From Dimorphilus gyrociliatus (Eukaryota > Animalia > Annelida): a stretch of 64,000 bases of DNA. Location of the stretch: contig CAJFCJ010000006.1 in NCBI GenBank assembly GCA_904063045.1, positions 4,976,408 to 5,040,407 on the forward strand, written 5' to 3'. Positions 40,344 through 54,596 of the stretch are shown here, in pieces (position 1 is the first letter of the stretch; each line of letters begins with the position of its first letter). A model generated the notes under the pieces. It did no database searches, was not told the origin of the DNA, and saw only the letters and a program-made list of their open reading frames with translations. Made by a program: the position numbers and the translations under genes.

Positions 40344-42059
40344 TTAAATAGTCAAGCGGTAGAAAATTAACAAAAAAACAACCCACCACTATAATCAATA
40401 CGAGCTATAAAAAGCTTCTAGTCTGAGAGTGTATATATGAGTGTATGTGTGTAAGTGTATGTGTTTGCGTGTTTCTGACGATAGACTCAATTCACGAATA
40501 ACACATTAGGAATAACGAAGAAATGTGAGAAATAAATATATCCACTAGGAGTAATCTATTTCGCATAAAAAGAAATACCACTACATTTCCGTTTAATACC
40601 TGAAGCCAAATAGGCGTCTATCATGCGTCACTAACACAATACAAGACGTTATAAAAATACACAACGCAGACATCACAATGAAATTTCAATGGTGACCCAC
40701 GTTCGTTTCCATCCGAAAAGGAAGAGCTTCTTTCTTACAGAAAAAATCCTACTTGTCACTCGACGAAAATGAAAAGCGCTATGCGGCTGACCTCGTTATA
40801 AAGCCTGTACTTAAAACTCTTTTGCTCTAAACGGTCAACTTGGTTGGCCCAGTTAGTTCTCTTTTGCCGACGCTAATTCGAACTATGCTGCGTCAGATCA
40901 CATTCCATTTTTCCACTACGAACACTTGGCATTCTATTGCCACCGCCTATTGCATAAATTAACAATCCTTCGTTTATCATAAGAAATATTTCGGCTGATG
41001 ACACTTATAAGTTGCATAATCGTTTTTAATTCAGCACCTTTTATTCTGCAGCTTTAGTAACCATTACTATGATTGTTATTTAATTAAACACAGAACATAA
41101 CAAATCAATGTCCATTTTTACTAAGCAAATCGTGTTCTATCATTAGTCATCTTAATGTGTTTTAATAGGACTACTTTTAATTTCTATTGTTATCATAAGA
41201 AACATGTCCCTCTTTCGTTCTAAAGTCAGAAACATCTCAGTGAGCAAGAGTGAACCAAACAACAATGAAGACGCCAAGTAAAAACGAACTAAGCCGCTTA
41301 AGGCGCAGAACGAGCTAGATGCTAATTTATGTTCATTGCACATAGTCCTTTTATACTAATAAAGTACGTGGGAGCATGATGTATTTGGCCATGGCAGCTA
41401 GTCGCTTGGCCTACAGAGTACAGGGAAAGTTTGCCGTTTCGTTCCAATTTATCGTTTTACTATTCATTGTTGCTGATAAATTGATAGATAATCACTTTCA
41501 ACTTTTGATCATCCATTAACGTCTTAAAAAAGTGTTTATAATTATCTACACGCATCACGCTTTCACACACGAATACAGGTCTAACAGCTACATATTTAAA
41601 AACTAATTGAACTTTATTATCAAGGGAAGGAAATTTCGTACCTTCAATCAATAAGACGCAAAAATCAAATGCTTACCAAACGTTTCTCAAACCAAGGCCA
41701 AGAAAACAAAGGCAAATGTCCGTTTGTGAGGACTGTGTCAGATCTATCGTAAATTCGATGATGTTAGTCAAACGGTATTAGACTTTCAAATGTTCTTCGT
41801 TAATTTGATAGCCTTTCCGTGTAATCTTCTCACGAAAAGCAAGGAAAAAATGTCAAGAATCTCCGATCATGCGGCGAATGTGCAAGGAAATCGTCTTCCC
41901 GCGCTTTCTCATATTTTCTCGCACAACCCGGTAATTATATGTTTTATGTTCGTACGAAATTTATCGTATTTGATATTACTAGATTAACAAAATAGTTTAT
42001 CATTCTATAAAATATTTAAAATACGAATAAAATTTTGGACAATAATAAAGTAAATAAAA

Positions 42060-43611
42060 ATGGCCGATCTGAAAACTCTGGAACATGCAACACTTAAAGT
42101 AATTTTCTAATATCTTTTGCAATGAATCTATCTTGATTTGACGTATTATCTTCAAATAGGTACCGTACGAAATATTGAATAAAAAATTTCGTGTAACTCA
42201 GAAAGTTATTGATCGGGAGGCCACAAATGTTAAATCTTATTTGAGTGAACTTGATCAGTTGTTAAAAACAACCCCTTCTTCAGATAATTTAAATTCAATT
42301 ATTGAAAAATTAGTAACTTTTAAGAAAAAGGTCGAAGAAAGCATTACAGATGAAACTGAGGCAGCCCAAGTTTGTAAAGATAGGTTAAGTCATTTACAAG
42401 AATATGCCGAATTAAATAGTTTGAGTGCGGAAAAGTGGAGGAAACAACGACTTGATAGGATGCTTGTTGAATATTTCCTACGAGCTGGCTATTATGACTC
42501 TGCTATAGAACTCGGGAAGAGTAGTGATATCGAAGTAAATGAATTTAATTGAATATAGTAATACGACCTGTAGGCTTTCAGATGTCTTTAAACTTTCAAC
42601 ATTTAATTTTATGTCTATAGCATTTAACAAATATGGAACTTTTCATCACATCACGCAAAGTTGAAGAGTCTCTTAGTGCTAAGAATACAGCGTTATGCGT
42701 TGCCTGGTGTCAAGATAATAAATCCAAGTTGAAGCGGATGAAGGTAATATTTATTTTAATAACATATTATATCGATAAAAAGACTAGAAATAAGTACTCG
42801 TTTCCTATTCAGAGCAATTTGGAATTTAAGATCCGACAACAAGAATACATTGAATTAGTGAAAGAAAAGAAAATTCTAGAAGCTGTTAAACACGCAAGAA
42901 ATTTCCTGAGCTCTACAGACCCTGACAAATTAACTGATATAAAGCAGTGCATGGCTTTGCTTGCTTACTCGCCCGATACAGAATTGGAACCTTATAGAGT
43001 AATTACTGACAGTTGTAATAACTTTATATAATATTTTTTGATCTATCATACAGAGTTTATTTTCGGAAGATAGATGGAAGGATTTAACAAAGCAATTTAG
43101 AGCAGAAAACTTTAAGCTCTATCAATTAAACATGAATAGCGTCTTTTCGGTAACTATGCAGTGCGGCTTATCTGCCCTGAAAACGCGGCATTGCTATGTC
43201 GATAATGAGAAGAATGACTCCTGTCCCGTATGTAAATCACCAATGAGCGCATTGGCTGAGAAACTACCCTTCGCTCATTGCAGGTAATGTTGATATTATT
43301 GAAAAATGTTTTGTATCTACTAACAGTCTATTTTTACTCATAGCCATTCGAGATTAATCTGTAGATTGTCCGGTGAACCTTTAAACGAACACAATCCCCC
43401 AATGGTTCTACCAAACGGTCACGTATATGGATACAATGTAAGTCATGCGATTTTTGTGATAAACACAAATAGTTATTTTCAATGAGTAATAAGTGCGTAT
43501 TTCGTACAGGCATTATCTGTTATGGCTGCTGAACACGGTGGCAAAGTTGAGTGCATAAAAACAAAGGAACGGTATAAACTTGAAGATGCCGAAAAAGTCT
43601 ACGTAATGTAA
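42060..43611 (+). CDS. MAEA: CTLH/GID E3 ligase subunit MAEA, multi-exon
   Basis: [24 protein letters not shown], Lis[35 protein letters not shown] region, RING CPVC...[25 protein letters not shown]. Stop at 43609-43611. Confidence 0.96.
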
Positions 43612-44569
43612 GCGACCTAATATTAGCAAGAGAAAGAAATGAAAAGAAGATTATTAAGAGAGGTAGAGAAAGGCTGTCTGCGAACTGAAAAAAAACCAAA
43701 AGTTATTATTTTTCTTGCTTTTTCTATATTGTTTTTAATTTTACTGCCAAACAATTTAGTATATTTAAAAAGTTATCAATAAACAATCTTCTAAATCTTT
43801 ATCAGATAAAGAGATAAATACAGAGTTGAAGGAAAGCGAATGAAAGCGTTACAATCAATTAAATATTGTGCCTTGTTTTGCTACAAAGCGTAAACTGACT
43901 TTCTATTTCCTTTTAACTTCCTATCAACAGGAAAACACTTCTTCTGTTTGCAATAGGCTCAATAAATAAAAAAAAACAGTAAAAAACATAAGTGGCTTAG
44001 ATTATTTAGAAACCTTTAGCAATAATTACTTAAAAGGTAAAACATATAAAATATGCAAGATGATATTCGATGGCTGTTACGATTATATCGAATTTTTCTT
44101 GTAATAAATCTTGAAGGGCAATGCTTCTTAATGGAAAACAATTGCTCTAATATATGTATTACATTGTTCGAAATATATTTAGCACTAAAACGCGCTATTT
44201 TATCTTTTATTAACAGAAAAGAGACACAGTAGCGAGAAGACAATGACATTACCAATTGATAAAAAGAGAGAATTATTTGCATGGTTTTGATAGCCTAAGT
44301 ACGTAAATTAAGATGGCTTTCGTCTAAAGAATTTTCCATATTGATTTTTTTCCCTCGCTAATATCGACATAAACATCTCTGCTAAAAATACAGAAGGTAT
44401 GTTAAAAGGACAGGATATGATTAAACCAAGTAAGAAAACATTTCAAGCCAAAAATAATGAACAAAAAAGCTTACGTTTTTAACCTAACCTATACGTTTGA
44501 ACTGATTTTGCCTGAAAAGTCTAAAAGCATAATTAGCACCAAATGTGAAATAGTAAAAATAATCCACAA

Positions 44570-47419
44570 TTATACAATTTTCTCTTCATCTTCATTCTGT
44601 TGAGAAAGCGCCTCTAGCCAAGACGGTAGCTCCTTTGAAATTTTTTTCAAAAGCCTCACTAAATTTGCGTTGTGCTTTTTATAATAGGAATTCAAGAACT
44701 GTCTTGCTCTTTGGCTCATTTCTTCGTATTTTCTTCCTTTGCTTTTGCCTAGGCATTTCTTTTTATTATTCTCCCTTACACAATAAAATTGTTTAACTGG
44801 ATCGTAAACCAACAATTCTGCGAAATCTAAAGTTTCAAGATCGAGAAATTCCTGCACTATTTGTAGAGTCTTAACTGGATTTCTTTTTAATTCATTGCCA
44901 TCTGCTAAAAGTAATTGACTGGAAGGATAAAAAAGAAGCCATTTTTCTATGTGTTGCGAATAATGACCTGGGTTTAAACAATGTTTCTTTAAATCTCGCA
45001 AAGATTTCATAGACGTTTCGTCCGCCTCAAGAACTTCGTCGAAAGTATATGTTTCGGCAGTTCGATCTTTGTGGGCTCTTTGATGTTGATACCAGCTATA
45101 AGCCCTCTCTCCCGGTTCTAGAGCTAAAACTATTAATTTTGCAGATGGAACTAATGCATAAGCTCTCCTTGGAGCCAGTTCACTATGAAAGTAGGTTGAG
45201 CTCTTATCGATTTGAAGGGTATCTGAATTATTTTGAGGCGGCCAATAGCTCCTATAGAAATCCAAACCGTTGAAATAATCTTTTCCTGATAAGAATTGAG
45301 TTTCTTCAAAATGGTTTGGAGATTTTTTAGAAACCTTTATTGATTTATGAAGATCTAGAAAGGTTAATAGAGCTGTTGTACCAGTTTTCTGAGGCCCTAA
45401 TATAATTACATCAGGCAATTGGCCGCAAGATTTTTTAGATGACCATATTTTGAAATGGCGCTGATCTTTGCAGGGGTCAAACCAAATGGGATCTATTTCT
45501 TCAGGGAATAAGTTGAAATAATAATTAGCCATATTAATGGGACTGGTCTGTATAAATTTCAAATTTGTCCAGCATTTAAGCCAGTCGAACACTGCCGTAA
45601 AAGTATATAATGCCAAGCGATCTCTACCATAGTTTGACATATGAGTCATAAATATACTAACAGGATTATCCACAAATGTTCTGAAAAGTTCACCCCCTGC
45701 TATGGATGACAACAATCGGCGGAAGCCCCCAGGGTATTCAAATAGTTTAACAGTATGAGTATAGAGTCCGCAAGTTTGACGAGGCAAAACTGTTGAAAAG
45801 ATAAGATACAAGTAATTCTAAAATTTCAAAATATGTTTACGTAAATATTACATATCTTTCATTCTTATCTTTATTGACATAGATATGCTATTTTTAGTAA
45901 AAAGTAGTATAATTTTTTATGGACACGCTATTTCTTAGACTATTAAAGAAATTACCTCTTATTCCAGAATGAATAAAACCTCTACGAAATTTAGAAGGTC
46001 TTAGATGAGGATACTCTTCGGTTGAGGTTACTTGTATATTCCATATTTTTTTCCAGCTTTCATATAGTTCTTTATGAACAGGATAAACACCAGAATGATG
46101 TGGTGGAACAGAATAGAACGTATCAAATTTAATATTGTGTTTTCTGGCCCAAGCTTTATTAAGTAGCATATAATTTTCTAGTTCACTTAAATTTAACTTA
46201 TGAGGTTGAGTATGTTTGTACATATGAGGAAACCATTGAAACTGATCTGAAAGGAAAATCAATATCTTTTCTATCAATATTTACTGCAAAATAAAGTATT
46301 GGTATAACCTTTAACTTTTATTAATAATTGATCTCCTTTAATCTCTTCACTATCTCCTTGTTCCATATACCAATAGGCAGAAAAACCCAAATTGAATTTA
46401 AAATTATTCAAATAATCTCTATTCCAGACAGTTTGAACTTTTATCATAGCTTCAACGTCTTCTTCGGTGAGCCGAGAACCTTGTTTTCCTACAAATATAT
46501 CATCAACATCGATAAGAACATATCTTTTTAGAGTTGTGCATAGTGATCTGTCAGCTGATAAGTAGCATAAAGCATCCATTAGTAAGAGTCTATGCACCCA
46601 AAATGAAGAAAAAGAATTTCCGATATAAAACTTTTTTATAATTCTGTCTTCAAAAGCGGCTACTGTCCAAGTTTTTATATTTTCTCCTTTTCCTGTTGTA
46701 GCCGTTGCAACAGTTTGAAATGATGTATTTGTAAAAGCAGTCCAAGAGTTTCCAGGCACTTTTTTAATTTTTGCTCCGTGTTTTGAGATTCTGAGAAGGG
46801 GATTTTTAACTAACGTATAGTCATAAACAGGAGTCACAATTTGAGTTTGCAAACCATAAATATTGTTTTTAAAACTTTCGTTGCCTGGGGTAAAGAAAAT
46901 TATACCTACGCTAAAATCTTGGCAGTAGGTTTCTAATAGTTTCCTATTCCAGCTATCCATTAGATAATATCTTTTTATCTTTTGGAAAATAATAGCTGAA
47001 TATTTGGCTCTTCCCCTGTGTGCCAGTGTTGGTATATTTTTATCAGCAGCAAGCATCTTTACGCGAATTTTCCATGATTCTAAAGTATTGAGAATACTAA
47101 TGGCTTCGTGAGAAAGCGATGATTCCGCTAGAAGTAAAACTTTGTTATCTGCATTCATACTATGATTTTCCATCCATCCTCTAAAATCATCTTTGAGATA
47201 AGTTTTTTCACTTGGGCATCCATCACCTGGTGATGGTGGCCTATGATGTAATATTTTTTCAACCCGAAGCGACTGAGTATTCACTTTACATACATGAATA
47301 TACCAGTATCCAATTAAGATAGAAAACACTGCTAATAGTCCGATCAAGAGTCTAAAATTTTTGAATAATTTCTTTCGTATTATAAACAATACTTTCTGAC
47401 ATAGCTTTCTCAGTTCCAT
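44570..47419 (-). CDS. NDST: Heparan sulfate N-deacetylase/N-sulfotransferase, 3 coding exons
   Basis: Type II signal anchor; RYVLIDVDDIFVG; WFPHMYKHTQPH; PPHHSGVYPVH; VLPRQTCGLYTHT; 5'-PSB GPQKTGTTAL; 3'-PB RAYSWYQH; KCLGKSKGRKY. Confidence 0.97.
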
Positions 47420-48157
47420 ATTTTTTATCAAATAGATACAACGATGTTTCTTTATTCATTAATTCTGTCTAATAATTCCAAAACAAGCATTAAATCGAAA
47501 AAATCATGAAATTAATGTTTCAATCGACCTTCACCTAGACTGGTTCCCAGCCGTATTTGCTATGAGATTTTAAACCCGCAGCAAAACCTTATGTCTTCAC
47601 ATAATTCACATCCTCAAAACAATACATGAATAACGAGAATAAAATAAACAATTCATGACGTGTTAAGCTTCGATTAGCATAAATAAGTAATGATTATGCT
47701 TCCGGAACACAAGAATTAAATTGTTCAGACATTAAGCCTTTTAAGTACCTTCTCTAAATTTAAAAGATATTACTTACTGATTGAAGTATTATGCTTAAAG
47801 ATACACTTTTAAGATTTATATTTAGCTTAAATTGCTATCCAACAAGATTTATTTATAAAAGAAATTATATATTTATGTATATATACTTTATACATATATA
47901 TTAATATCCTAACTCATTAATAGGACAAGTATTCTCAAGTTCTATATTAAGAGCGTATACTTTAGTTTATATTTCATATAAATATATACTATAATCGTTT
48001 CTATTACTGATTAAGTTATCATTCAAGGTTATCACTTCAAAAACATAACAACACGTAAGTTATAAAGTTGTCAATCTTTAAGTTATTAAAAAATTTTTTA
48101 GATATATGAAAGGAGATGGCGCTATAGTCTAAATGAACCGAAGATATGATTGAACAA

Positions 48158-48170
48158 CGTGCTTAGCAAC
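48158..48170. promoter_or_regulatory. RFX X-box-like motif upstream of TEX36
   Basis: CGTGCTTAGCAAC (reverse complement GTTGCTAAGCACG), nearly identical to the SPATA7 element. It lies upstream of a probable 5'UTR exon and intron (acceptor near 48575). Confidence 0.45.
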
Positions 48171-48588
48171 GACGTTCAAGTGACGGGAAAACTTTCTCTG
48201 ACTTCGAATTTCATTGCTGTTCCTTGAGTCATGCGCTATTGTGATAAATTGTAATTGACATTTACCAAAGTATCATCATTAAAGTTCGTGTGATAAACCT
48301 GGCATTTTCTTGTCGTTGAGGTCAGTTGAATAGTAATACCTTGTCACAAGAAATTATATAAGACCTTTAAAAGTGAAATATACATTGTTTAGAGAATTTT
48401 TTAACACTTTATCAAGATTATTTGATTATATATTACATTAATTTATATTATGTATAGCTTTCAACTATTTTAATAAATGCTGCAATTGCATTATTGAACT
48501 TTAACTAAATTACATTGTTCTAATCATAATCCTAATCGCTTTTGGAAGCAGTATCTCTAATCTAATCTTCGACAGGGCTTAATAAAAT

Positions 48589-50107
48589 ATGCCTAGAGGA
48601 CGAAAATCAGCACCAGATACAGCAAAGGACGGAAATTGGGTAAGTAAATATCCATTCTAAATTTTTACAAATCAAAAACAGTTAAGGTCAAAAATCTCTT
48701 AATTGAATATAGTTTAGCTCTTTTATTCCCACTCCTTTCTCTACATAGTTTATGAGTATAATTATATAGTTATATAAAGAGTTTACTCGGTGTATATTTG
48801 CTTGCCAATAGACGAACAAAAGTCTAAGATTTTTAACTACCGAACTTTAAACATTATCGCGTGATAATATTCCGAAATAAGACAGCCTTGTTGCGCGATA
48901 AGCAAAGAAAATATTGTTTGATCGATCCATTGATTTCGGATAATATAACTTTACATAGGCGTAATTTGTATAAAATGAATATGTAATTGCAAACAGTATT
49001 GAAAATGACATTATAACAGACATATTACCTTGTTTTTTTTAATGTTCACCGCTATTAAGTTTATTAGTTTTAGTGGTTATAATATCAAAGTCTTTTGTTG
49101 GTTGTTATTTCTATTAAGAATATAAAGGAAAGTGGTAAATTTATTTTATTTAACGAATGAACGCGAAGTGAGTAAAATTATTTCGATCGATTACAAACCA
49201 ACAAACACGATAAGAAAAAGCTCTGCATAACCTCATTGATACTTCATTCAACGTTAATCGATAAAATTGAGCTGGTAGAGTTTAACAAATTGGTTAGTAA
49301 TTAGTATGTTTTTTCCTTCGTTTTTCATTAGTTTCGACATAAAGGATTGCCTGCTGCAGTCTCGGCACCTCCTCAAAGAAAATGTGATACAACCACAGAA
49401 GAAATGCTTTCACAGCCTTTTAACGAAAGTTCGAAATTGGTAAAATTTCCTGCTTTGTTCACAAAGGTAAGATTTTTTTTATATTTAATCAATAAATATA
49501 AAAATATTCTTACTTCTCTTTTGTAAATTTAGGAGAATAGTTTCTCTCTTCACGATAATAGGAATACCATACAGTCCTTTGGCGAATACTTTGGCGACGG
49601 TCGTAAAACTCGTACTTTAGGACGCTATCTGACAAAAGAACCAGAAAATCGTTTGCATTCAACATCTAATGAATTTCTACAGCATTTGCCTAGTCGGAAC
49701 AATTCCGATTCAAGTACTACTTATAGTAGACATTTTTATGAACATAAAGCCCCACAAGGGGAATTTAGGCGATTCCCAAAGAATTACCAAGAACCAAACC
49801 CAAATCAGAGACTCTCTACTAACACCTTAAGAAGTAGTGAAATTCCACCTTTGCCCGATACACAAACTCTAGCAGATACATTGGAGCCATATATTCGGTA
49901 AGAATGACCTCAAATTCCCCTTTTCTTACAATAACTATATCGATAAATAAATTTCAAAATGGCAGGCATAATTCATGGAAATATTCCTATCATGGGGAAA
50001 ATACCCTATATCCGAGAGGACCAAAATACGACAATCAACAACCATTACCTGTTTGGTTAGTACAGGGAACACCTAAAGCATGTACTTCTTCACAGATTTC
50101 ATTCTGA
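48589..50107 (+). CDS. TEX36: TEX36-like HDNR-domain protein (testis/cilia associated), 4 coding exons
   Basis: Spliced product MPRGRKSAPDTAKDGNW-FRHKG...FSLHDNRN...FRRFPKNY matches the KDGxWF.HxG, HDNR and FRRFP motifs of TEX36. Exons approx. 48589-48639, 49332-49466, 49533-49897 and 49966-50107. Confidence 0.8.
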
Positions 50108-50931
50108 AAATAATCTATACAGTTTACTTTATCCCTTTTTTTTTTTCACAATTAATTAAATTAACCACAAACAGTATTAGTAAATACTTTCATTTTATAA
50201 GAATACATTTCGGAAAAAGGTCAATTGAAATCTTTCTCTCCGAAGTAGAGAAAGTTGTTTTATTATTATTAATAATATTTAGGAAAGTTTTTGAATATGA
50301 TTAATGGGTTCCTAATTACTTTTTAACTGTTTATCTTACAATTTATAGTGTAAAATTCACCTATGTGAGCCAAATTTTGAAGAATCGAGTTTGTTAGTGA
50401 ATCCATTTTTTTATATCAAAAGATATGCCTGTTAATCGTTTATCCTTTGGTTTACGATGACACTTAAAGTTCTCCGTTCATAACTTTGATGAGTGTTCCC
50501 ATTCCTTTCAAACTAGTACTTAGTAATATGTTCCAGTTGAAGTGCTGGAATTTTATACATCTTTTTGATGTTGGCCTATTCGATTTTGTTTGATTTTGAG
50601 TTCTTTTTCATCGAAACCGCTTATAGGCAGGATGCAAGAATCCGTATATAATATGCTGTAAAAGCTCCCCTTTTTTCCAAACAAGATATCCTTATATAGT
50701 CTTTTTCATACACGCTATAAATAAAAGCTTATTAAAGATTAAAAGATAAGAGACGTACGTGTAGGGGAAATTGAAAATTTAAATTTAGGGGAACCAGACC
50801 GGAAATAAATGACTCAATTTATTGGAGCAAAACTGGTTAATCTTTTGTTCATTATCAGAAGCAAGGGTGCATTGCTAACATTGCGTAAGATATCTTTAAA
50901 GCTGTATATTTCCGATAATTTCGACGCAAAT

Positions 50932-52693
50932 ATGTCATTTTTCGCCGTGTTTGATTCAAGCGAATGCAAGAGGTTATTAAGAGGCCGACAAATACTTATA
51001 GTGGGAGATAGCGGTAAGTTAACAATACAAAACTGCAAGAGTGACCTCTTTTGAAAATGCATTTTTTTTTTAGTGAAGAGAACTATGTATAAAGATATAG
51101 TTTGCCTATATCAAAGTAATGACTTTCTAAGTTTACAAAGAATACAGACAAAGGTAAAAATATAATATTAATAACAGAATTAAAATAGTAGATATTTCTT
51201 TAAATTTTTTATAGATGGAGTTGAGTCACATGGGAGACGAGGCCATACGTTGTCAAAAACCTCCTAAAGGCATGCCGAAAAGGGAACAAATGGATTTGCT
51301 TGTTGAAACACGTGTTTTCGACGATGAAGAAAACGAGGCTAAAATATATTATCTTTGTATTGGAGCGAGTTTTGGGAAGGAGACACAAGATAAAATTAAT
51401 GATTTGGAGGAATGCATTGATAGACCTTTCGATATTATCTTAGTTCATAGCGCTATATGGGATTTACATATGTTAGCTATTATTCTCTATTCTTGAGAAC
51501 ATCATTAATATTGGTTTTTTTTCGTTATAGATACGATCTGGAAAATTATAAGGATTGCGTTGAACAATTATTGAATCGTTTGGAAGCAATGATGGATAGT
51601 TCAGGAAGGCTTTTTTGGATGACGTCACCTCCCGTTTTGCTAGAAAAACTAGATGATATGTATAATTCTGCAAATAGAAAAAGTTTAGCCGTCAAGATGT
51701 GTAATGATTTAATTGCTTCAGAAATAATAAGTAGCAAGTGAGTTCTTTGTAAATTTTATTACTTAAATAATTTACAGAAAAAAAATCTAATGCAATTTAA
51801 AAAATATCTGATTTTTACACTTCAGACAACACGGCATTATTGATCTCTCCTACTGGTTAGAATATCTTTTGTTCATGCAAATAGAGGATCATATACATTG
51901 GAATCGGCGAGCACATCGATTAATAACCAATGTCATACTTACCAGTATATGTCGTCATTATAGGGAACAACTACCGAATCGTTTAGTCTTTGAGGATGAT
52001 ACCAACTTACTGCCTCAAACTCATTATAAGCTACCATTTAAAGGTTTTAGAGAATACTATCATAAGAATTCCTTTGCTGATCTGTGGAGGTTAACGAATG
52101 TACCAGTTTGTCCAAAATTTCCTCCTATGAAATTTATTAGCGAAAACAAACAAGAATATCTAGAGAGGTCTGACACGTGGGTTAGTCAATTTGGTATTGA
52201 TTCTGTTGCTAAACGAACTATTGAATGGAGAAAAAATGAACTGAAAAGTCTTGGAATTGAAGAGGAACACTGTAGAAGATCTAAATTTGACGAAGAAGGG
52301 AGAGAAATGGAAATGAAAGTCATCTTTTATGGCAACATTCATTGTCCATCAATTGAAAATAAATATAGGCCAACAGAATTCAAAGGATTAGAACAACCTA
52401 ACACTATGGAGAAGCATAGATCAATTCCTGCTCCTCGGTTAATGTCAAATCCATATATTGATATGCTTATTCCACCTTTGAATAAATTGCTTACCGATTC
52501 GAAGAAAGATTTTTCAAAAACAATGACAAAACCAACAGAATGCTCTTCGAATTTCACGTCATCGATTACTAAAAAATCAAAATCGGATGCAATCGAACCA
52601 TTGGAGAGAATTAATCTTCTAAATAATCTTGTGACCATACTAATGGATCACACAGAAAACATAAGAACTATTAAAGCAAGGGAAAGCCAATAG
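50932..52693 (+). CDS. PCED1: PC-esterase domain (SGNH/GDSL-like) protein PCED1/FAM113-like, multi-exon
   Basis: LRGRQILIVGDS-VKRTMYKDIVCLYQ, DIILVHSAIWDL, YKDCVEQL, FWMTSPP, DHIHWNRRAHRLITNVIL, followed by a long divergent C-terminus. Confidence 0.82.
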
Positions 52694-52757
52694 TAAATTA
52701 ACTTGTTTCTATATTTTTTATACTTAAACATTATTGGATTGGAAATCAATTATTTAA

Positions 52758-54596
52758 CTATTCGGTGGTAGCTATTTCAATATTTTCGTCAATTTTTTCA
52801 ATGTCATTATCTTTGATAGTTTCATTTTCGTCTCTATCCGTGTTATTCTCGTCAATTTTTTCAGTTTCTTTTTCAGGGGCGTCTCGTATGATTTCATCAT
52901 AATGATGAATAGATAAAGTGTTTAACCAGTCTATCATACTAAAATGTGTTAAGGAAATATTCCTATTGATAAATTGGACTTTACTCTAGCTGTGTGTTCT
53001 AATAAATATTAAAAAAAAGGATACGGTCTTTCTTTAGCTTCGCATTCTATAATTGTTGGATATATATAATTCTTTTTAAAATTAGCAATATCCTCCTGAA
53101 ATATTTAAGGAATATTACTGTGCTCCAATATAGATTGATTTTACCTGAAAATCTGCCCAATCGAGCGAGTCATGTGACTTTGCAAAGCGCTTATTATACA
53201 TGTCGTAATGAAGCTATTAAATAGAATATAATAAGTTGTGAATAATATAGTTAAAATCTTTACCGTTTCTAGCCATAGACCTAATCCTGGTGCCTTTGGT
53301 ACGTCCACTTTACCAGCTTGCCAGCATTTGTCAATTAAATCGACAGTTGTATAACCCTTAACAATAGCTATTGTCAAACCTAAAAATGTTTCTAATTAGT
53401 ATGCTTTTAATATAAATGGAAGTAAATACCAATCATTTTTCGAATGTGATGCATCATGAAACTTTGACCCTTCACTCTTAATTCTGCGAATTCCATTTCC
53501 TCTCTAACAAATGGTTCCTCCATCTAGAAACATTACATACCAATACATAAAATTCTTAAAAATCAGAGAATTGAATACATACTTTAAATGAGAGTATATT
53601 TCTTTTAGCGCTAGGATCTCTAAATTTCCTATACAGTAGACAAACTCTGAATAAATCAATCAAATCTCTAGAGATGTTGACTTACTTTCCACTTGTGAAA
53701 TTATGAAAATTGTGAACTCCTACAAACTTTGACAAGCATTCGTCAACTTTCTCACGTGATGCTGTATCAATTCGATATTGAGAAGGTTTCAGGTCATCAT
53801 CTTTTGGACTAAAGGCATGAGTTGGTATCAAGTATGTGTAAGTCCTAGAATCGCAATTATTTTTGCAATTAAAACCCTTAGTTACTCTTCTCATTGCTAT
53901 AAACATAAGAAATTCCATTAAATTGATTAAGACAACGATTGAATAGTAGTTAAATTTACCTAAAACACGTATTTCTGGTGGTAAGCTGCTGTTTAGTTTC
54001 TCAACAGGATTATCAACATCAGAGAACATTTATATAAATAGAAACAATTGTCAGTAAATTGTCAATTAAATGATTGGAAGACTTATCTTTGCGTTTACGA
54101 CATTTGCGGCCGCAGAGACTCCCTTATCGGTTCTTGCCGCTCTTTGAAATCTCATCCCATTGTTTTCGACATGGTCCTGTCTAACAACTCCAGATTTGAC
54201 CATAGCTTCAAATAATACTCCTTCAATGGTCTTATATCCTTTATTGCTAAATGCAATAAAACTAGTTTTAAACTCATTTGAACAAGGATGTTTATAAGTA
54301 AACATATACATTTGCAAACCGTAGTAATCTTTTCCACAATAAGCAAGTAAAAGTGCAAAATTCTTTTTCTTGAACGGAAGATTCAAGTCAGATTTCAAGA
54401 TCTTTTTTGGTGGTTCTCCATTATCTGGAGTCTCTTCCTGTTCCACTGGCCTTTTACCCTCAGCTCCTTCTTCTAGTTGCGACATTGTAATATTCTCTGG
54501 ATACAAAATCCTAAAACCACGGGTAATAATTCGCCTAGAGTATCTTATTGAAGTGTATGATTGTCTTAGAAGCAGACAATTTAGAGAGGAAAGCAT
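52758..54596 (-). CDS. PUS1: tRNA pseudouridine synthase 1 (TruA family), multi-exon
   Basis: [28 protein letters not shown] (catalytic Asp), [52 protein letters not shown]. Stop at 52758. Confidence 0.96.

Noticed and set aside
50300-50730. Possible small minus-strand gene between TEX36 and PCED1
   Set aside because: Open stretches are about 50 codons with no ATG, the putative intron is only about 46 nt, and I recognise no family.
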